Assembly: GCA_002269645.1 (NCBI GenBank)
Contig: NIVC01003016.1
Location: forward strand, 1-64,000
Direction: 5' to 3'
Source: Macrostomum lignano
Lineage: Eukaryota
DNA: 64,000 bases
The notes under the pieces were generated by a model. That model was not told where the DNA came from. It saw nothing but the letters and a program-made list of their open reading frames with translations, and did no database searches. Shown here piece after piece: positions 40,495 to 53,329 of the stretch (positions are counted from its first letter, which is position 1; the number at the start of each line of letters is the position of its first letter). Made by a program: the position numbers and the translations under genes.

Positions 40495-41760
40495 GCCTAC
40501 TAACACGGTACTTAAAACATATGCCGATGCCCAGATGAATGTTTTTGGAGCTCTTGAAACCGAATTAGAGTACAGTTGCGAGTCCTATCGTGGAATCTCA
40601 GAGAAACTAATTTGTTCTTGTTGGTTGGGACAATTGCTAAACTTCACACTCAATTCTGTTGATCAAAAAGCGTATGCAGCACGGTCAGGTGAATTTCGAC
40701 GAGTGACTCTTTAAGATCAAAGAGGGGACCACTCCGATTCACTGCAAACCAAAACCAATGCCCTTTGCACTAAGAAATGGAGTAAAGGAAGAGATCGATC
40801 AACTGCTCAATGAAGGCATAATCAAATCAGTCAAGTCAGTGAATGGGCTTCACTAATCGTCGTTGTCAAGAAACCTTGAAAGTTGAGAATTTGCGTGGAT
40901 TCAGAGTGACAATAAACCCACATCTTGTCCATGATTCTTATCCGATGCCAGCTTCTGATGAAGTAATTGCAACTGTAGCCGGCAGCCAGATTTACAGACT
41001 TAGAGAAGGCTTATCACCAGATTCTACTGGATGACACTTCTAAAGAGCTCACACCATTCGGAATGTTTGCCTTCAATAGGCTACCGTTTGGAGTGAAGAC
41101 AGCGCCTGCGATCTTCCAGCGGTACATCAGCCAAGTCCTACGAGGAACACCAGGTGTCATTGCCTATGTGGACGACATATTGATATCCGGCAAAAGCGTA
41201 GATCAGTTGGCAGGTCGAGAGAAGGAAGTCTTACACCGACTGAACCATCAAGGATTAAAGATCAACATAGCGAAAAGTGAATTCCACAAAAGGTCAATAA
41301 AATTCCTGGGGTACTTACTGAAAGGAGATCAAATGAAACCAGATCCAGCCAAAGTGAAGGCAATCCAGGACATGACACCACCACAGAATGTCAGTGAACT
41401 TGAGTCCTTCCTGGGTCTCGTTAACTTCAGCGGAAAGTTCATCAGAAACTTAGCTGCACTTACCAAGCCGCTCAACTGGCTAAGGAAGAAAAACGAGACT
41501 TGCATTGGTTTGTCGCATTCAAAAGATGTCATCGATTCTTGTACGGCCGGAGTTTCACTCTGATAACCGACCCCTCACATTCATATTCACACCAGACAAG
41601 GAGCTGCCAACCAGAGTTTCAGCTCGATTGCAGCGATGGGCAATTATCCTGGCCACCTATGACTATGAAATACAATACCGACCGTCTAAGCTCATGAAGT
41701 CCGACTCGCTATCCCGACTCGTGTCCGACAACCCGAATGCTCAGACAGCATCAATCGGAC
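40495..41760 (+). mobile_element. Decayed Ty3/Gypsy LTR retrotransposon pol fragment
   Basis: LKTYADAQMNVFG (protease-adjacent), PFALRNGVKEEIDQL, FNRLPFGVKTAPAIFQR, YVDDILISG, FLGY, ESFLGLVN, and RNase H C-terminal ARLQRWAIILATYDYEIQYRP; multiple frameshifts and deletions. Confidence 0.9.
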
Positions 41761-43135
41761 TGATGGAAGCTGACAGTCCTGGAGTGATTCAGCTGGATCG
41801 CATTGCAAAAGCAACCGATCAGGATCATGTGTCGAGTCGACTGAGCGCTGCCATAACCAACAATAGCCTCATTGAGTATCCAATGCAGCTTCCCATCACA
41901 AATATAATAGCTTATATTTTTCGAGTAGCCAAAGTTACCTAACGAGTTACAGATCGAGAGCAATAGCTTAAATATTGTAAATATTGAATTTCACTGATGG
42001 ACTGGCTGAGTAAGTGGAGAGAGTACGAAATGGTGCGAGACTTAAGGAGCGAGGCAAGGCTAGCGCAATGATGCACATTGAGCTGCAAAGAGTACGCATT
42101 GATTCTCTGAGTACACGCTGAACGCAAGATGCAACCAAACGGGTCGTACTATAAAGCTGTCGTAGCGTAAGTTGGATCGTACGCCAGAACTTTTACACTG
42201 CGGAGATGGGAGCTAAGAACGATCTTATCTTACGATGGCTTTGTAGAACGGGCTCTTCGTGACGAAGCTAATTTAAGCAAACAAGCGCCACACAGTTACC
42301 CAGCTCACAAACGAACCAACCGTCACATCATATTTTATTATTATGAGGTGCATTTATTAGCATTACGACGTTGAAGCTGAAATTTTGCACTGAAAAAGTG
42401 CACCGTTGTCTGTGCCCTGCTTGGACTTAACCGCAGCTACATCAGGGCAGTGACCATTCCCCGAGAGGGTATGGCTGTTTTGCCAGGCATCTATCTACCC
42501 CCAGAGAAAATTCCTTTCCATGAGGAATGCCCTTTCTTCCTCTCCGGTGTTGAGAATGCGGAGCACTTCGATCATCTGTGAAAACTGAGGACAGGCTCAA
42601 CTACCTGTCCTATTGCTCAGACTTTTCCGAATTTTTTCAGGCTCGAGAATCTCTGCCAGCTCGTCCGCTACCTAAGGGCTACCGGGATGGATCTCCCTGT
42701 GTGACACCGCAGCACCAGCTGCCGATTGGTCTCCAGGGGTCAGAGAAATGGGTGGTGACGCCTCCCCGCCCTATCCGGATGCCCTGAACCCCTGCTGTGA
42801 ACCCCCTGTCTGTGAATGCATGTCTGTGAATGCATGTCTGTGAATAAAACAATTCTAATTTAGTTGCCAATGCACAGAGGCTTATCTGGCAGAAAGAGAC
42901 AGGTGGAAAATTATTGAATGAAGGAACGGCTTTTTAAAAAATAATTAAAAATTGGTATAGATAAACAAGGTAATTTAAACAGTAGTGTACCTTTTTATAA
43001 TAAGCAACAAAAATTTTACCGGCTTGTCTTAAATTTTTAACTGACTCGATAAAATTAGTTTAGAATGAACTTCCAACTGAGTTAATCACGTGTTAATAAT
43101 TAGTTCCTGCATTAATCAATCACCCATTCCAATAG

Positions 43136-43423
43136 AGGCGTCGAAACGCATCATTGCTGTCGATCAGGGCACTGAAGCTGCTCGGGATGCTGGAAGAATT
43201 GAAGAACCAGCAGTCGTTCGTAGAGGCTTTGAAGAGAATGTGCGAACAGCTCGGCTGTATGAGGAATTTTGAGCACTCAATGATGCACTCAGTTTCCGAA
43301 CGCATCTTCAATGGAGCAGTAGTCAGAAGGCTGTTTGATGTCGAGGAGAAGCTGGGTTGGATCTCCGTAGCTACAACAGCGGTGGAATCCGGGTCTTCTG
43401 GAACGTTGTGGACAGCTCAGTAA
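43136..43423 (+). CDS. Orphan terminal exon, mirror copy
   Basis: Same translated protein as 38203-38490. Confidence 0.45.
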   Translation, partial: RRRNASLLSIRALKLLGMLEELKNQQSFVEALKRMCEQLGCMRNFEHSMMHSVSERIFNGAVVRRLFDVEEKLGWISVATTAVESGSSGTLWTAQ

Positions 43424-43456
43424 CTTTACAATTTAACTACACCTAACTTTCATTAT

Positions 43457-44029
43457 TTATAAATTGCTCAAACCTGCAAATATGTCAATCTCGCAGAAAT
43501 TGAGATAATAATGATTAGTGGAGACTCCAGTGATATTCCTGGAAACCGCCACGTATCGACCCGTCAGCGGTGTTGGGCAGGTGAAGTTAATCGGGTTGTC
43601 AGCATCTGTGATAGCGCCGGTCTTGTACGCACACAGACTGAAGTTGCTCAATTTGAAGTCAGTCCACACTGACTCAACCGATGAAACGCCTGCAGGTGCG
43701 ATCAGTTTTTATTGTCAAGGGCATTTTAATAATAAATCAATTAGATTTTCAGATAATAATGTCTTTATTTACTTATGCTGATCTGCGTGAATCGCGTCTC
43801 AAAACTGCTGTCCAGCCTGTTCCAGACTCGCACTCCAGCAATGCGATAGTTCTGCAGCAGGTCCAGCATCCACCAGGGCAGCGGATCGGCCGCATTAGTG
43901 CAGATGCACTGCACGCCACTGATGTAGTTACCGTGGGTGTTGCCATCGTAAGCCAGAGCAGCTGGTCCGGATGAACTCCACTTTGTTGACATCTTTGCTG
44001 GCATACCTTTTTGAAGGCTATAGGTTTTT
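43457..44029 (-). CDS. F-type lectin gene, copy B (two exons visible, leader exon not found)
   Basis: Same exon structure as copy A with 7 amino-acid differences. Confidence 0.75.
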
Positions 44030-44089
44030 CCTAGAATGTAGGGATTGTATGCTGATGATAAAGCATGCTCATTCCGCCGACTCCCCTGA

Positions 44090-44411
44090 GTAGGCACACA
44101 AGTGCAAGGATACATACGCAGTCATACGCACAGGCACACACTCACACAGGAGTGTACAGCGGCCCTAACTTATTTATCGTTGGGCATGTACACTTCACTG
44201 GGCCTTGGGGGTTGGCGCTCGGCCTCAAGGCCGTTAATCGCGACACATCCTCAATTACCCCTGGCACCCATTTTACAGCTGAGTGAACTGAAGCAATGCA
44301 GAGTTAAGTGTCTTGCTCAATAAGGACACAAATTGTTCCGAGAGGGTCGAGAATCGAGCCCCCGACCTTTCAGTCGCGAGTCGGACGCTCTAACCACTAG
44401 TCTACAACTCC
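44090..44411 (-). mobile_element. tRNA-derived SINE with conserved central domain
   Basis: - strand TAGTGGTTAGAGCGTCCGACTCGCGA..GGCTCGATTC then TGTCCTTATTGAGCAAGACACTTAACTCTGCATTGCTTCAGT..CAGCTGTAAAATGGGT, resembling recalled V/Meta-type SINE cores. Confidence 0.8.
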
Positions 44412-45382
44412 TCGTTTATTGCCTCATAGTAGGTCTTATGTGACTTTAGTTTTTAAAATATTAGCAAAATAATTATACTATAGCACGATGAATTCTTATA
44501 TTTTATCAACTCTGCGTGCAAGCACTCGTTACACTGCCTCTACATTTTGTTTGCAATAAATTTACCATGAATTGAGTTGAGTATTAGCGGGGAGAGTCAA
44601 ACTATAATGAGCTAAGAAGCCAATGGTGGCCTTCCGCCCACTCAACTGGATTTTGCCATGCATGACTGTGCGTGCTTCTCTGCAGTACCGCATGGAACGC
44701 CAATTCTGTAGATTAACTTCGTCTGGTGGATAGCATTGCACCACTGGTGGATTGCATTTGATCTGGGACAGCGAAGATAACCATTCTTTTGAATTAGCAT
44801 ACGCATCATACTTCTCTGTGGTATTTTATATAGTTCTGCAGTGAACTTTTCATTTTCATTTTATTCTCTTTTAATTTCATATGGCTAAAGTTGTAAATAA
44901 CCTCACAAGTGCACTGCATTAGCTGAAATTTTTGTTTTGTTCCTTATTGAATCAATAGTACGGGCGTATTCATGCAATAAAAGTCCTGCATGCAGGTACG
45001 TAGATATACTACTAGTGGTCCTTGGTTCGACTCTACAAAAAGTACACCTGCTTGTGCCTCAAGACTGTACGACGCTGCTGTACGATGAGCAACAAATTAA
45101 TGGAGACAACTAGTCATAGGAGCGTGTACTCGTACAAACGGACCAGTGACGCTTCATCTTTGTTCTTCTGCTTCTCAAGGAGGTGGAAAATTTTCACCAT
45201 GCAGCAATTCAGTATTGCGCTTGCTGTCGTTTTAATAAATAAAAAATTCAGTGCGCAAAATATGTCCCATCTACCAAAGGGACGGATCGATGAAAGCAAG
45301 AGTGAGACGTACAGACTACAGCCTTACAGGGACTACAAGCGTAACATTTGGTGTTGCTGCCGAAATGAGAGGACAGCTACAA

Positions 45383-46108
<726 letters not shown>

Positions 46109-46119
46109 TGTTCGGCCTA

Positions 46120-46157
46120 GGCCTAATGAAGAGCCGAGAGGCTTAAAACCGGTTGCC
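46120..46157 (+). ncRNA. Degenerate (probably inactive) hammerhead motif
   Basis: GGC-CUAAUGA-AGAGCC-GAGA-GGCUU-AAA-ACCGGU-U-GCC: both conserved core Gs (G5, G12) changed to A. Confidence 0.55.
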
Positions 46158-47169
46158 AACTCAATACACATCTCCTCTCCTCTCTTCTATTATCTCTCTC
46201 TTTCTCTCTCCCCCCTCTCTCTCTCGTTTTGAGACAAGGCATTCACTTCAACTTACGCGTAGTGCCGGGCAAGAGTCTTAAAGATTACAATAGTTTCCAT
46301 CTTGCAGAGGCACTTCCTTTTCTTAAAAGGTGGTCTTTAGTCTCCCGGTGGGAAAAAAATGGTCGCCGCGACGGCTTCTGTTTGTTGCGTTTACGACGGC
46401 GGAAACTCCGTTCGAGTGAACGCCGAGTTTCCGTCGCCACAACGGTCGCTGCGACGGCGGTCGGAAGACCCATTAGCGACTCTTATATGCGTACGATACT
46501 ACTTGTATCGTGTAGTAGTGTAGATGGACCATGATATATCCCACGAATTTTTTTTTTTTCGGAATAAAAAAAAACGAAATATAGATGCAGTCCTTTTCAA
46601 CAAATAAACATTATGTTGCTATGGGAAATGCTTTTTAGCATTATATTTATAGAATTACCTGATTATTCAGTTCCTGCTAGAGAAGAAAAAATTCACCCAT
46701 AGACATACTTCAAAAAAGTACAATAATATCAAACTGTTGTTTATTAAGCATACACGAAGCGTACAAGAAAGCAATCGTTCACAATATTAAGTACAATAAA
46801 GTACAATAAGGTATAAATGGCCTATAGGTCCATTGTACCCCACAGACAAATAAGCAGTCATCAATAGAAATATGGCGTGCATTAGCTAACTAATTTTCTG
46901 ATTATGAACATTGAGCAACTACTCCAGATCAGAGCAGTACTCGAGTTCGAGCTCTTGCTCAACTCAGAGTTTGAGGTGAAACTTGCCAGTTATTGCTCAC
47001 TTTATTCATACGGCCAAATGACTAATTCAATGGCTTTCTATGCACATAAAGTAATAACACTGTTATGTACAGAAGCTGCAATAATAGTCGATTTATGGGG
47101 TCAAAAAACTCATTATTTTTTAAACGTTTGGGGTTTAGAGTAAAAGATCAGCTGTATCATTTAACATAT

Positions 47170-48030
47170 AAGGACACCTAATTTAGCGCCCCATTGACAT
47201 CTAGTTTGATCCCCTAAGGACACCTAATTTATCGCCCCAAGTACATCTAGTTTATCGCCCCAAGGACACCTAATTTAGCGCCCCAAGGACATCTAGTTTG
47301 ATCCCCTAAGGACACCTAATTTATCGCCCAAGTACATCTAGTTTAGCGTCCCAAGGACACCTAATTTATCGCCCCAAGGACACCTAATTTAGTGCCCCAA
47401 GGACATCTAGTTTAACGCCCCAAGGACACCTAATTTAGCGCCTCAAGGACATCTAGTTTAGCGTCCCAAGGACACCTAATTTATCGCCCCAAGGACACCT
47501 AATTTAGCGCCCCAAGGACATCTAGTTTAGCGTCCCAAGGACACCTAATTTATCGCCCCAAGGACACCTAGTTTAGCGTCCCAAGGACACCTAATTTATC
47601 GCCCCAAGGACACCTAGTTTAGCGTCCCAAGGACACCTAGTTTAGCGTGCCAAGAACATCTAGTTTGACCCCCTAAGGACACCTAATTTATCGCCCCAAG
47701 GACACCTAATTTAGCGCCCCAAGGACATCTAGTTTAGCGTCCCAAGGACACTAATTTATCACCCCAAGGACACCTAATTTATCGCCCCAAAACATCTAGT
47801 TTGACCCCCTAAGGACACCTAATTTATCGCCCCAAGACACCTAATTTAGCGCCTCAAGGACATCTAGTTTAGCGTCCCAAGGACACCTAATATCGCCCCA
47901 AGGACACCTAGTTTAGCGTCCCAAGGACACCTAATTTATCGCCCCAAGGACACCTAGTTTAGCGTCCAAGGACACCTAATTTATCGCCCCAAGAACACCT
48001 AGTTTAGCGTCCAAGTACATCTAGTTTGAC
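47170..48030. repeat. 23-bp minisatellite
   Basis: AAGGACACCTAATTTAGCGCCCC units. Confidence 0.95.
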
Positions 48031-48489
48031 CCCCACAGAGAATCGCTCGCTGTGAGAAGCGCCAATTGACAACTGCTTTCAGAAATTTTTCTTTGAGACT
48101 CACTGTATGAGAATCTCTTTCATGCGAGAATTGTCCCTTGCGAAGAACCTTGCAAAAATCGATTCGCAGAGACCCTAACCTGACGTTTAATAACTCAAAT
48201 CTCCAATCCATAGGCGCGTATGGTAATTATAAAGCTTCTCTCTGGCTCAATGGCCTCCATAAAATTTAGAAAATGCTGTGGAAAAATTTCGGCATGCAGT
48301 TGGCTTTGCGAATTTTCTTCTTGATGAATAGCTATTTGCATATGCCATTTTCTAACGCCCTATAAACACATTTTACAATCGGCTTTCGCGTGGCTATATC
48401 TGAGAATAAACATATTTTCAAGACAGCTAATTATGTAGGTGGAACAAGTAAAATGGGGCATCTTTGTGAGAAGGGCAACTGAACCACAA

Positions 48490-51400
48490 AGGGAAATTCT
48501 TAGCTTACTATATGCACCTAAAAATGAGGCATAGAAATGAGATTTTGAGATTGGGGGATTTTTGCGTCCACGATTGTCGGGGATTTTCCGGAGAATTCCA
48601 TGGGGGCTTGTTTTGACGGGAGGGTGATAGTTGTTGTGCACATATATGGTTAAGGCGATGGAGACTCGTCAGATAAGTCCTGCGAATCAGTAGTGCCGCT
48701 TTCCGCTGCCCTGCTCGGGTGCACTTGGGCGCTTCTTCGCCTTCTTTGCGCAGGTTGTCCCCCGCATGCTTAAAGAGCCGAGATGACGTGTTTTTCTACA
48801 TCTCGCTCAGATGGCCTCTCATGAGGCTTGTCGTCTTGTACATCGTGGAAAACGGCTCCTGGAATTGGATTGGTGGTTTTCTGTCAAATTTATTCTACTC
48901 TATGCTCCATAGTCCTACTTTAAGTAGACATTATTCACTTGATTTGCTAAATGTTCATTCTGAAACCAGTTTCATTGAAGAAACTATACTATAAAATTAG
49001 GCAAAATGATTCTGATTCTAGATTTACAATTACACACTTTCGGATTTCTGTAAACTTACGCTTCAGAAGAGGAAGCAGTGTTGTCTGGAAGCCAAGGCTG
49101 TCATCTGTTCCCGCGCCGCCGGACCTCTCGGCCAAGCCTCGACCGCAATAGTTTAGCTGGGCCATCATTCAGGGGTGATACACTTAGAGCAAGCATCCGT
49201 CGATGGCTGCTCGCAACACTGTCACCCCGGCAGCGTGCCAGTCGTGCGCCAGAACTTTCTGTGCCTCCTTATCTGATGCCAGCTTTAGATAGCCCGCCCA
49301 CGAAGCAGCTGGTTGCCATTCAGCTTCGGGCAGCTCGATGATAGTGCCGCCAACAGTCGAGTTGGCCTGCCTTTGAGGGCCGCCAGAATCTCCCGCTGCT
49401 GCTGTGTATTGTTGCGTCCTCGCTGCTCTTGGAGCTGCTGGCGCGCAACACCAGCACATCAGCTGCGAGTACCCTTCAGACTCGCCAAGTCACCGAACTT
49501 GCTGTTAAGTCCATCATCAGCCTGCGAGCGGCTTGGTTCTCCAGTTGTAGGCCCACGCTTTCCCTGTTGCGGCTCTGGGTGCTTGAGCTGCAGCTGTGAT
49601 AGCAGCAGCAGCAGCAGCAGCAGTGAAACTCTGGTCATGTTGAGGCCCTGGTGTCGATAAGTAGCCGTAGCGGTATCTGTTGCTGAATAGAATAGGGGTG
49701 GGGGACAAATCATTACACTCATTACCGGATCTGCGAATACATTTATGTCATTTTTTGTATAAAGCATATACACCTTATACTTTCATAGTCTCGAATTCGT
49801 ACTTAAAATTTAATGCGAACAGGCATAGGCATTTATCAATCACAATTACTAATCTTGCACACTCATTTATTTATTACTTTGAAGTTGCTGCTGTCGAGAC
49901 TATAGTGACTAAAATGATGTGCAAAGATGACCAGGGGACCGGATTAACCTTTCCCAAGAATTAAACATGTCAATGTCAAGGCGCTCACTATAGTATAAAT
50001 ATACCGTACCCACGGCCAAGCGCCTGAGCGTTATAAATATTTTGTTGTACTTTTTATTTGCGACTCAGTTGTCATGATTTACCATAGAAAATTTCCTTTT
50101 ACAGTTCTTTCTCGCAGTTAAGTTTCTCGCTTCATATCTTCTCATCGTTTAACTCATAATATATATACTTGAATTCAGCCCAAGTTGACCTATAATTTCA
50201 CTACAGCGTAAATCTAAAAATTGGTCTGCCATGACATTTTCATCGTCAGGTAGTGAGACACAAGGTGTGCTATGCTTACCCGCACCGAACGATGCAAATC
50301 CGACGGAGAAGCGGCTGCTGCTGAAGGTGAAGCTCGGTTCTGCATGGGTAGTAGTTGAGCCGCCTCCATACTCGGCTTAGGTACCACAGAAGCTCCATGT
50401 GGATGGCTCGCGGATGCTGCTGGCTGCCCGGAACCGACATCAGCCTCTGAATCCATCGTGCCATGATCCGATTGGAGTGCCTGCACAGATAGATCGCATA
50501 GTATGGGAATGGATTATATAGTTTATCCAGGTGTATGATTATTTCAAAGCCCGAAATTATCTCACGTTATGCTTAGACTATAACGACGCAACAGTGAAGG
50601 GAAAGGCCCGAATTATACTCATTTTTCTAAGCTAGCAGAATTATATTTTACCTGATGGCTTGTGGATAACTCCGTTAAAGCAGCCCTTGGCCTTAGCTTA
50701 GAGTTTATTCTTAGAAACGTACAAACAAAAATAGGAGTAAAATCATTCTCCTTCCCTGTCCGCAACCGTTGTTTTTACCCATAATCCGCTCATTCCTTTC
50801 CACTCTGCCCTCCGACCACTCCCACACTTCCATTTGTATTTCTAAGAACGAATTCTTTCTACTGCACTGCAAAAAGACAGTCAAAAAGCTTTTTCGACGG
50901 CGTGATTTTTGGCTCCTGTTCTGATCGATAGACACCTGGTTTCTTAATAATTTAGTTTGGTAAATTATCTTTTACATACCTGCACGGGCTTCAGCAGCAG
51001 CCGCTTCTTCACTCCGGGACAAATAACGCGTGGCGAAACCTGAAGGAACATTCGCTTCGGGCGAAAGTCTTTTTCAAGCCGGCACCTGCGGCAGTACTGT
51101 ATGACTCTTGTAAGATCATACCCGTCATCAAGCGATACCTGAGAAGTAAGGATTGGGTGTAAATCTAAATTGTATGGTATAAGTCGTCCCCGACTCCATT
51201 TTATTTGTATGCATTATATAGATGAAGGTAGCAGGCTGCAGGTCTTGATAAAGTGCGGACGGTTTTTATATTTACGGAATACCTGCGGAATGGTGTAAAA
51301 TATTTATGATGCGGACATTGTTTTGGCTCCAATGGCTTCCTCATCAAACGATGCAATATTTCCCCGCATTCAGCTACATGCTATACCATCGTGGCCCTTG

Positions 51401-51928
51401 TTATATGCACTTTTCAATTTCCGAAAAATGTGCACTGCTCTATTTCCAGTAGTGTAGTCGGGCATAGGAATCATAACAATCAAAGTGGAAAAACTGGTAG
51501 AAATTTCTGCTTCTTGACACGGTACGGTGGACTCAATTTAAACATTGTTATTGCCTAAAGAGTCTGTTGTGGCAGTAACAGGCTTTGAAAGCCCAGGAAA
51601 AGCAATTATATTAAGGAATTTATTCTATTCCGCATTCCGGTTCCGCAGTTTATAAAGAGCCGCAGGCTGCAGCTGACCAAACAATAGAAATAAGATAAAA
51701 AAGTCAATATCATTTGCTTACCAATATAACTGTTGCTTCGTAGAAGGCGTCTCCGTAGATGGCGCTGCAACGGATCCGCTCCGTCTCATGATCATCACTT
51801 TGAGCAAAGCCTATCCAGTCATTGTGACTGTCAAACGTAGCGAATCGCCCTTGAAGCCTTATTTGTTCAAAAGGTACTTCAACTACTTCCAGGTCGCAAC
51901 TAAAAATTACTACGAAGCGCATTGCCAT
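48490..51928 (-). pseudogene. Spliced pseudogene with a DUF4806/BEN-like C-terminal region
   Basis: GT-AG-bounded segments 51928-51722, 51138-50980 and 50480-50280 (phase 0), donor GTAAGT at 49059, acceptor at 48881. The frameshift-corrected reading GVTVLRA..RMLA.CITPE.MAQLNYCGRG and later SERDVEKHVISAL* resemble DUF4806. Internal stops present. Confidence 0.4.
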
Positions 51929-52169
51929 ATACGAGCGTACTAGAGCTGAGAGATAACTACAGAAACGATCAGATAGATATGTCAGATGCTCATAGGAATT
52001 GTTCTACGAAGTGAATAGTATCTGACTCAGAAAGTCGTAGTCTGTTCTTAAATGCCACTTAATTCTTTTGTGAACCAATGAGAAAGCTACTGCTCTTTTT
52101 ATCCTCTCTCTCGTTTGCATTCTTTTAGTCCTCATGTTCAGCGACAGCCAATGGGAGATCTTAGTGCAT

Positions 52170-52177
<8 letters not shown>

Positions 52178-52216
<39 letters not shown>

Positions 52217-52545
52217 TCTGTCTTCGTCTGTTTGATTAGACTTCAGGTTTCTATATTATTGCCTATATTTTAGAGAAGGGGACAGAATATAGAATTTTGC
52301 ACCCAGTTTATAATTGTGTCTCTGTCTCTCTGTGGGGCTCTGGGGGCTTCCCCTACTTTTCCTCTCCTCTCCTTTACCCCTTTCTCTCCCTGTCTCTCTC
52401 TCCCTCCCTCTCTCACCCTCTCACAGTCTTCCTCTCAGTCTCACTCACTTTATCTCCTCCTCTCCGTCTCTCCCTCATCCCTATCTCTCTCTCCCTCTGT
52501 ATGTGTCTCTGTCTCTTCTCTCTGTCCCCTCTCTTTTCTCTCTCC

Positions 52546-52593
<48 letters not shown>

Positions 52594-52632
52594 TGTATGT
52601 GTCTCTGTCTCTTCTCTCTGTCCCCTCTCTTT

Positions 52633-52719
<87 letters not shown>

Positions 52720-52795
52720 GTCTATCCCTCATCCTCTCTCTCCCTCTGTGTGTCTGTCTCTCTCTTCCCACCTCTCTCTCTCTTTCTCTCTGTTA
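52178..52795. repeat. CT-rich tract
   Basis: Direct inspection. Confidence 0.9.
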
Positions 52796-53329
52796 TCTTG
52801 CCTATGAGATACATTGTGATGGTGGGTAGGAGGGTATGCTGTGCTATGTGGCGCCACTCTGTCTGTAACGATGAGACTTTATCGGTACACCCACATTCCG
52901 GCTGGCCATGAATATGGAACTGAGTGTTCGCAAAAAGGCCCTCAAACCCCCACTACCCTATCTTTTACATTTCTAAGTTTGAAAATCGGAAATGAAGAGC
53001 GTGGGAAAATTACTTGAATTGGCTTAGAATGTTAAGATTTAGTATATTTGGATTGCTCTTTGTTTGCCGGGGCTTCAGCACACACCCTCCATCTTGCACC
53101 CTGCCTTTTCCGGATCCACCAAAATACGCAACAGACTGAGTGTTGTGATCTGTACCCTGGCCCCTCCCCTTCCTTTGATGCAGGCTCCTGCTTGATTTCC
53201 CTGCTTGATTAGTTGCTAAAATGCTATTGCTAAAATTTGTGATTCAAAGGTAACGATAAAAATAAATTCTAAAAAAAACATTTGTATTTGTATTTACTAA
53301 TACAGCTTTACAGCTATTTGTATTCATTT

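Larger units (their letters stand above)
42808..44045. repeat. Inverted duplicate of ~37585-38800
   Basis: Reverse complement matches the lectin exons, intron, orphan exon and start of the 14-bp array. Confidence 0.9.
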
